DNA of 64,000 nt, taken from positions 5,208,001 to 5,272,000 of the forward strand of contig OZ024758.1 of assembly GCA_964016885.1 (NCBI GenBank), read 5' to 3'. The notes under the pieces are model-generated. The model saw only the letters and a program-made list of their open reading frames with translations, had not been told where the DNA came from and did not search any database. Shown here piece by piece: positions 57,281-64,000 of this stretch. Position 1 is the stretch's first letter; each line of letters begins with the position of its first letter. The DNA is from Eledone cirrhosa. Its lineage: Eukaryota. The translations under genes and the position numbers were made by a program.

Positions 57281-57977
57281 AAAAAAGTCTTCAATGGGTT
57301 TCTTTCTTTTTCAAGACAGTAATGTATAATTTCAGAGTAACATGGCTGCTATTTCTGTATTTACATTGTGTAGGATTTATTTTAATATATAATCCCAATG
57401 TACACACAATTTGGGTTTTAAATTTAAATGTTTCCCCTCGGCGCTCGCCATTTTGAATTAGCGACAATCGGACTGCAGACGACAAGAAGGTAACTGGCTG
57501 CTCTTTTATGTTAAAACAATGTCAAATGAACGTCTTAGCTGATATTTATTAAATGTTGTTTCCTTGTATTTACACAAGTAGAAATCAGACGTTTGTGTTG
57601 AACATATTGAGTGGTATATGGCGCCATTCATATATGTTATCTCAAACACTCAAGTAGCTTGAGGATAAATAGTTACACGTAATGCCATTTCTGCTTCCAA
57701 CATCATTAATTATGTTTCCGATCTATAATGCTTTTACATAATATTTATTACATATTATCAACATTAGAAATTCTCTCATCGAACGAGCTGTCTTTATACA
57801 AATGTTTGTTTTCTCAATCATTAGAGGTTAGTCATAAAGCATACCGTTTATAAATGACCAATGATCAATATTCGTTATCTACATAATATTATACATCTGC
57901 CTGTCTCAGGTTTTGGCTATCAATGTATCTAACTATCACTCTATATTTCTTTAGATAAATAGAATCTGACAGGCAAG

Positions 57978-58071
<94 letters not shown>

Positions 58072-58389
58072 ATATATATATATATGCGTGTGTATGTATA
58101 TGAGGAAGGTCATGTTATCCTAATATTACAAAAAAATGGTAAAACAAACTGTTTGGTTTCGTTTTCGCTTCAGTATATTTTTATAATTAATTTAGCTGGC
58201 AATCAATGGCTATTATTGATTTACTAATAGTTAAAGATATAATTATATAATTTCTCAAAGTTCTTTCGTCACACATTTTTCTGTGACATTTTCAGTGATT
58301 ATCGCTGTTTCCTCCCGTTGAGTTTCTATAACAATTTTGTTTATTGTTGTTTTTGTCTCTGTCCATGCATTTTTGTGCTCTAGTGTTTG

Positions 58390-58547
58390 TGATCGACTTT
58401 TCCCTCCCCCAAAATTGCTGGTCTTGTGTCTAAATCAGAAACCATTGAGGTTGACTTTGCCTTTCATCCTTACGGGGTCGATAAAATAAAGTACCAGTAA
58501 TGCACTGGGATAATTGCTGGCCTTGTGCCAAAAGTAGAAACAATTAT
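58390..58547 (+). mobile_element. SINE A fragments
   Basis: A tail fragment is followed by a 5'-truncated copy. Confidence 0.8.
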
Positions 58548-59389
58548 TAGTTGGTTCAGTAGATGTGTGGTTTATACATACATAGCTTCAGAAATTGCAC
58601 AAAGACAGAAACATTGACATCATCATGTGACTTATGAATATATTAATTTCTATGGTGATAGTTTCTTCGCTTTTGTGAGCTTTCTTTATTTCTTTCCTAT
58701 TTATTGATATTAATATGGCTTTCATTCTAATATTTATGGCACAAATCTTCGCTTCGTCTCTCCTTAAATATGCTTTGGTTCATTATATTCAATTTATATT
58801 GAGATATTTTCATATATTTTATTGTGTTTTTAAGTATACATGATATGGGTCAGAGTTGTGTACTTTCTGACCATTTAAATATGCATTGTCAGTCTTAATT
58901 ACTGCAAACTCTAAATAATGCAGCTTTTATCTTTCCAAAAGAAACCATCTTTTCTGTAGTTTTTTGTCGAGTATTTCCGAAGAATATTTTAATATAATCC
59001 ATTAAGGATAATTATTTCTTGTCTCGTCACAAAATACACTTTTTTTTTCATTATTTTACCTTTCTTTATTTTCCATTTTTTTTAATTGTTTGTTTTGTTG
59101 TTTTTGTTGTAATTTTCCCTCGTTATTTTTCTCAAACTCTTAAGATATGCTCTGCATCAGGGGTTGGTTATAAAATCTTAAAATATGAACTGTGCCAAGG
59201 GTTAATTATAAAATCAAAGTTTATTTTACTGTGTCACATATTTTATTACAGCTATAAAACTATGTATCACATATTTTATTACAAACTATCAAATTCATAT
59301 TTTGAAAAATATAAAAAAGAATTTATTATATATTTAATATCAACTCTGTATTACATTATATACAGTATATAAATAACAAAAAAGGAGCA

Positions 59390-59535
59390 ATCTATATATA
59401 TAAACTTGTAGTTCATGTCTGTTTGGTTGGTTGGTGGTTTGATCACGAACTCCTCCTATGGTTTTGGAGATAGACCCCCCCCCCATAACCATATATATTC
59501 TGAAACTACATTGCCCAGGGAACGCGCCTGTTTAG
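59390..59535 (+). mobile_element. Possible short non-autonomous Helitron remnant
   Basis: A|TCTATATATATAAA start, (TTGG)n/GTCTGTTT tract and AACTCCTCCTA motif. The 3' end is degenerate. Confidence 0.3.
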
Positions 59536-59577
<42 letters not shown>

Positions 59578-60411
59578 AACAAACCTGTGTAATAATTACG
59601 GATAACTCAGTGAACCTGGAGATCAAGAAATAGCACGCTTCCTCGGACATCTAGATAATAATGAACTTTGACCATTTCCTAAGATATGACATTCCTCATT
59701 AGAATCTACTGGAATATCTCTCTGAAGACTTCAGCAATTTAACTCTCATGCAAATAAAACTAAAAAGAAGATTAAAATAATAACATCACGCAATTTTGGG
59801 CTCCTTTGAAGAAGAAGAAGAAGAAAGATTTTGCAAAGACTTTTGGCGACAACCGCAGATAAAATTATATCTAAACATTTTCTTCTAATATGCGCGTGAA
59901 TCTTTTGAGGTGGTTCGAATGTGAACGATGATAAGAGCATTTTCTATCTGCTCAAAGAGAAATTTATGTATACAATACATGGACCGGTAAATTCCTGATG
60001 GAATCATACTGGCACCAGAAGAACTTACAGCGTTTCTTGTGCGTTTTAATCTTGGTGGAACTCATCTCCTCTCTCCGGGTCTAAACACAGCCAATTTCTT
60101 CCAGAGAAAGAGATACTGATAGAGAAGAAATAAGTTAGAGATATAGAGGAAGAATTGACCCCAGTACTGGAATGGTAAGCTTTTTTTTTTTTTTTTTTTT
60201 TTTTTTAAGTGGGAGTCCGTTGACCTTGGTGGGTTTCGAACTAAGAACGCAGAGAGCCGGAACGAATACTGTAAAACTCTCTCTCCGACGTTCTAATGAC
60301 TCTGTCAATTCACCTTCTCAAAGAGCAATAGAAAAGTGCATTTTCCCAGCCAAAGGAAAGAGTTAGATATTAAACACCAGAATATATTCTATCAATAACG
60401 TCTAACAGCCC

Positions 60412-61015
60412 TTTTTTTTTTTTTTTTTCTTTTTTTTTTCTTTTTTCTCTTTTCTTTTTTCTTTTTTTTCTTCTTTTTCTTTTTCTTCTTCTTCGCCCAG
60501 TTATTCCTGAGAGGGTTGTGGGGTCAGAGTCCTCAAATACTCCTGCCAGCGGGTCCTGTCAGAAATAAACCGTCTCCAACTGATCCGGCTGGATCCCGAA
60601 ACGTGACCAGCCAAGCTTATGGATGTTATCCAACCATCTTGCTCGGGGTCTACCCCTGGGTCTCTTGCCAGTTGGTTTTGCGTGTAAAATCTGTCCAGAG
60701 ATTCTAACCACATGCCCGTAGTATCGGGGCTGTGATTTCTTGATTTGGAGAAGTAGCTGCATTAGCTGGAGTGACTCTCTGATCTCTGGAGACATCCTAA
60801 CCATATGCCTGTAGTATCAGAGCTGTTATCTCTCAATTTGGAGAAGTAGCGGCTTTACTCTCTGATCTCTGGCGACATTTTAACCACATGCCCATAGTGT
60901 CAGAGCAGTGATCTCTGAATTCGTAGAAGTAGCGGCTCTACCTGGAGTGACTCTCTGATCTCTGGAGACATTCTAACCACATTCCCGAAGTATCAGAGCT
61001 GTGATCTCTCAATTC
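60412..61015 (-). mobile_element. 3' fragment of an RTE/RTEX-like LINE with reiterated 5' segment
   Basis: IKKSQPRYYGHVVR..ILHAKPTGKRPRGRPRARWLDNI..DRTRW, with a stop at 60501 and a (GAA)/A-rich tail at 60412-60495. A segment of up to ~92 bp is repeated four times. Confidence 0.85.
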
Positions 61016-61786
61016 CCAAATGGCATGTTTGTTGAACGATGAAATTGTAGAAAAACAAACTGATCGATACAAAAAATTGATTCCAAACATATTAATCAGC
61101 CTCAACTGTCTAGAAAGGCTTATTCGTTGAAGAATATACAAAAATCGAATTATTTTCTTTTAACTTATTACAATTTCAAAAACATAAAAAATTATAAAAT
61201 GAAATATTTTTTGAATATATTATCAGGATGTGTATCGTTTTGTTATTTTTTCACAAAAATAAATTAAATTATAGGAAAATATATCTTGCACTTGCATCTT
61301 TATTTAATAGTGTAAAGCACATGGGACAACTGAGTTTATATCGATAGATTCTTTTCTAAATTAATGAATTTTTGTTATAAGAAAATTCCATAAGGTGTAA
61401 TGTTATTTTTTCTTCTTTCTTTGCATATATATTCAATGTCCTGAATTTCCATAGTAACGTTTAGGAAAAAATCTTTAAAATATTACGTGTGTGTACATAT
61501 ATATATATATGAGGATGATGATGCTAATGGTGGTGATGGTAACGATGATGGTGATGATGATGCAATGGTGGTGATGGTAACGATGATCGTGGTGATGGTA
61601 ACGATGATGACGACGATGGTGATGATGGTGGTGAGGAGGAGGAAGAGAAGGAAGCTGGGGATCATCATATTTTTCATCATCATGATCAACATTGTCACCA
61701 TTGTAAATGCAGTGTACGACGACAACAACAACAACAACTGGTTGAAACTGGAAATTCAGTCGACATTCTTCAACATTCTAGACATC

Positions 61787-61824
<38 letters not shown>

Positions 61825-61962
61825 CGTATGAATAATTTATATGTACATATATTAATTATTTATATGAATAAGATAAAACTAACATTTCTCTAAAGTTTAT
61901 TAAGTATATACATCATGTATCTAAACTGCATTATATACATATATGTGTGTGTGGATTGGTAT

Positions 61963-61996
<34 letters not shown>

Positions 61997-62152
61997 GAGA
62001 GAGAGAAAGAGAGAGAAATATGATATATATGTTATTATTATTATATCATGACTCATACACTGTTCATTTTCCTGACATTTGTACATTATTCTATGTACTA
62101 TACATGCACCTTTGATGAGTTGTAGTGCACCTGAGCACTGTACACAATAATT

Positions 62153-62186
<34 letters not shown>

Positions 62187-62369
62187 ATATGTATATTATT
62201 ATATTATCATTACATTTGTGGTACATTGTGCAATTGTTTTGTACTATGCTATATACACTATGATTTGGTACACAAGCTATGGTTTGATACACAAACTATG
62301 GTTTGATACACAAGCTGTGGTTTGGTATATAAGCTATGGTTTGGTACTAAAGCTTGCTACACAAACTTC

Positions 62370-62411
<42 letters not shown>

Positions 62412-62854
62412 GCGCACACACACACATACAGGAACAGAAAGAACACAACTAGTTAGGAAATTACAAGTACAATCCATTAACGGAACAGTAAAAATATGTA
62501 AGACATTCCAAAAATGTTGCATCTAATAACTGCATATATACATATACAGAGGCAAAGCATATACACATGCACACATACAACTCAAAACATACACATCCAC
62601 ACATACAATAACATCTATATCTATACATACATACATATCTACCTAGTTGATGTTGTGTAAATTCCAATGAGAGAGTCTTGTGTCTATGTTAGAAACCGAC
62701 TCTCTCTCTATTGGCAAAAAATTTGTGAAATTATAAAACCAGAAGAACATACATACACACATACACACATACATACATACATACATACATACATGTGTAT
62801 ATATATATGTGTGTATACATATATATATAGAGAGAGAGAGAGGGAGAGAGAGAG

Positions 62855-62882
62855 AAATATATATATATACCGATATAGAGAA

Positions 62883-62931
<49 letters not shown>

Positions 62932-62942
62932 GATATAGAGAA

Positions 62943-62993
<51 letters not shown>

Positions 62994-63175
62994 GATATAG
63001 AGAAATATATATATATATATACCGATATAGAGAAATATATATATATATATACCGATATAGAGAAATATAATATATATATATATATATATACCGATATAGA
63101 GAAATATAATATATATATATATATATACCGATATAGAGAAATATAATATATATATATATATACCGATATAGAGAA

Positions 63176-63218
<43 letters not shown>

Positions 63219-63230
63219 GATATAGAGAAA
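62855..63230. repeat. Minisatellite CCGATATAGAGAAA+(TA)n
   Basis: Nine units with variable TA length. Confidence 0.85.
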
Positions 63231-63320
63231 TGTAACTGTGGGTGTTTGTGCTTATACACCCACATCTATATATATATACACGTATTTATATCTATGTAAA
63301 GAGAGAAATGTCAATGTATG

Positions 63321-63366
<46 letters not shown>

Positions 63367-64000
63367 CGTGTATGTGTATATATGTGCGTGTATGTGTATA
63401 TATGTGTGTGTGTGAGTGTGTGTTTGTTTAAGTGCCTACTAATTGTTTATCAGTTGAGAAACCTTAGTTTCAGTGTTCAGATTTCAAAGAAAATAAAAGC
63501 GGTTTCTATTTCCACAATCATATATTTACTACTGTACTTAACATATCTTGCTTGAACCTCTACTACAAAGGTGGAAGGTGATGGAATGCTTGTCTATCTA
63601 CAAAATATCCGTGGGTGAGTTACACAGTTATCGAGCTGCAGAGAGAAAACTAAGAAAGACATTGAAGGGAGTTTAAAAGAGATTACGTTCTTTCTATGGC
63701 CATACAATGCTTCAGATTTATAGCTGGAATGGAAATGGTTAATTATCAGTAATATTTGGAATATAAAATGACTTCAAAGAAAAGAGATAAAGGTAAATAA
63801 CTGATTCGTCTTGGTGGGAGTTTCACCCTCTAGTCAGCACTTTAAAATCTATGGAGAAGGCTAGAAAGAATGATGCTGAAAGCGAACAAAACGAAAATGC
63901 GAAATCTCAACAAAAATAAAAGAATGGGAGATAAAGAGAAGCAGTTAATGGTTTATAAGTAGTTTTGTTTTTCAGAGGCTAAGAGCCTTTCACTTTTTAT

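Noticed and set aside
63571-63614. Possible small plus-strand exon ending in GTGAGT
   Set aside because: The AAG acceptor is weak and there is no homology or other support.

Overview
This is AT-rich, repeat-dominated eukaryotic DNA. The tRNA-derived SINEs and very long (TA)n tracts suggest a cephalopod (Octopus-like) genome, which is an inference. No complete protein-coding gene is visible. Nearly all ORFs in the track are microsatellite artefacts, and only a few weak candidate exons remain (best: 47240-47320, signal-peptide-like). The window holds about 25 copies of one tRNA-SINE, at least three other SINE families, 3' fragments of CRE- and RTE-group LINEs, Tc1/mariner-derived MITEs, minisatellites and microsatellites. 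The most striking hidden structure is a set of short islands inside (TA)n tracts. They carry type I hammerhead ribozyme motifs: four look intact, four have a core substitution, and there are several half-motifs. Many are folded into long inverted repeats, and in two families the palindrome axis lies inside the ribozyme. This fits TA-targeted Penelope-like (PLE) pseudo-LTR or retrozyme-like insertions completed by snap-back priming. All coordinates were read by eye; repeat boundaries are approximate.
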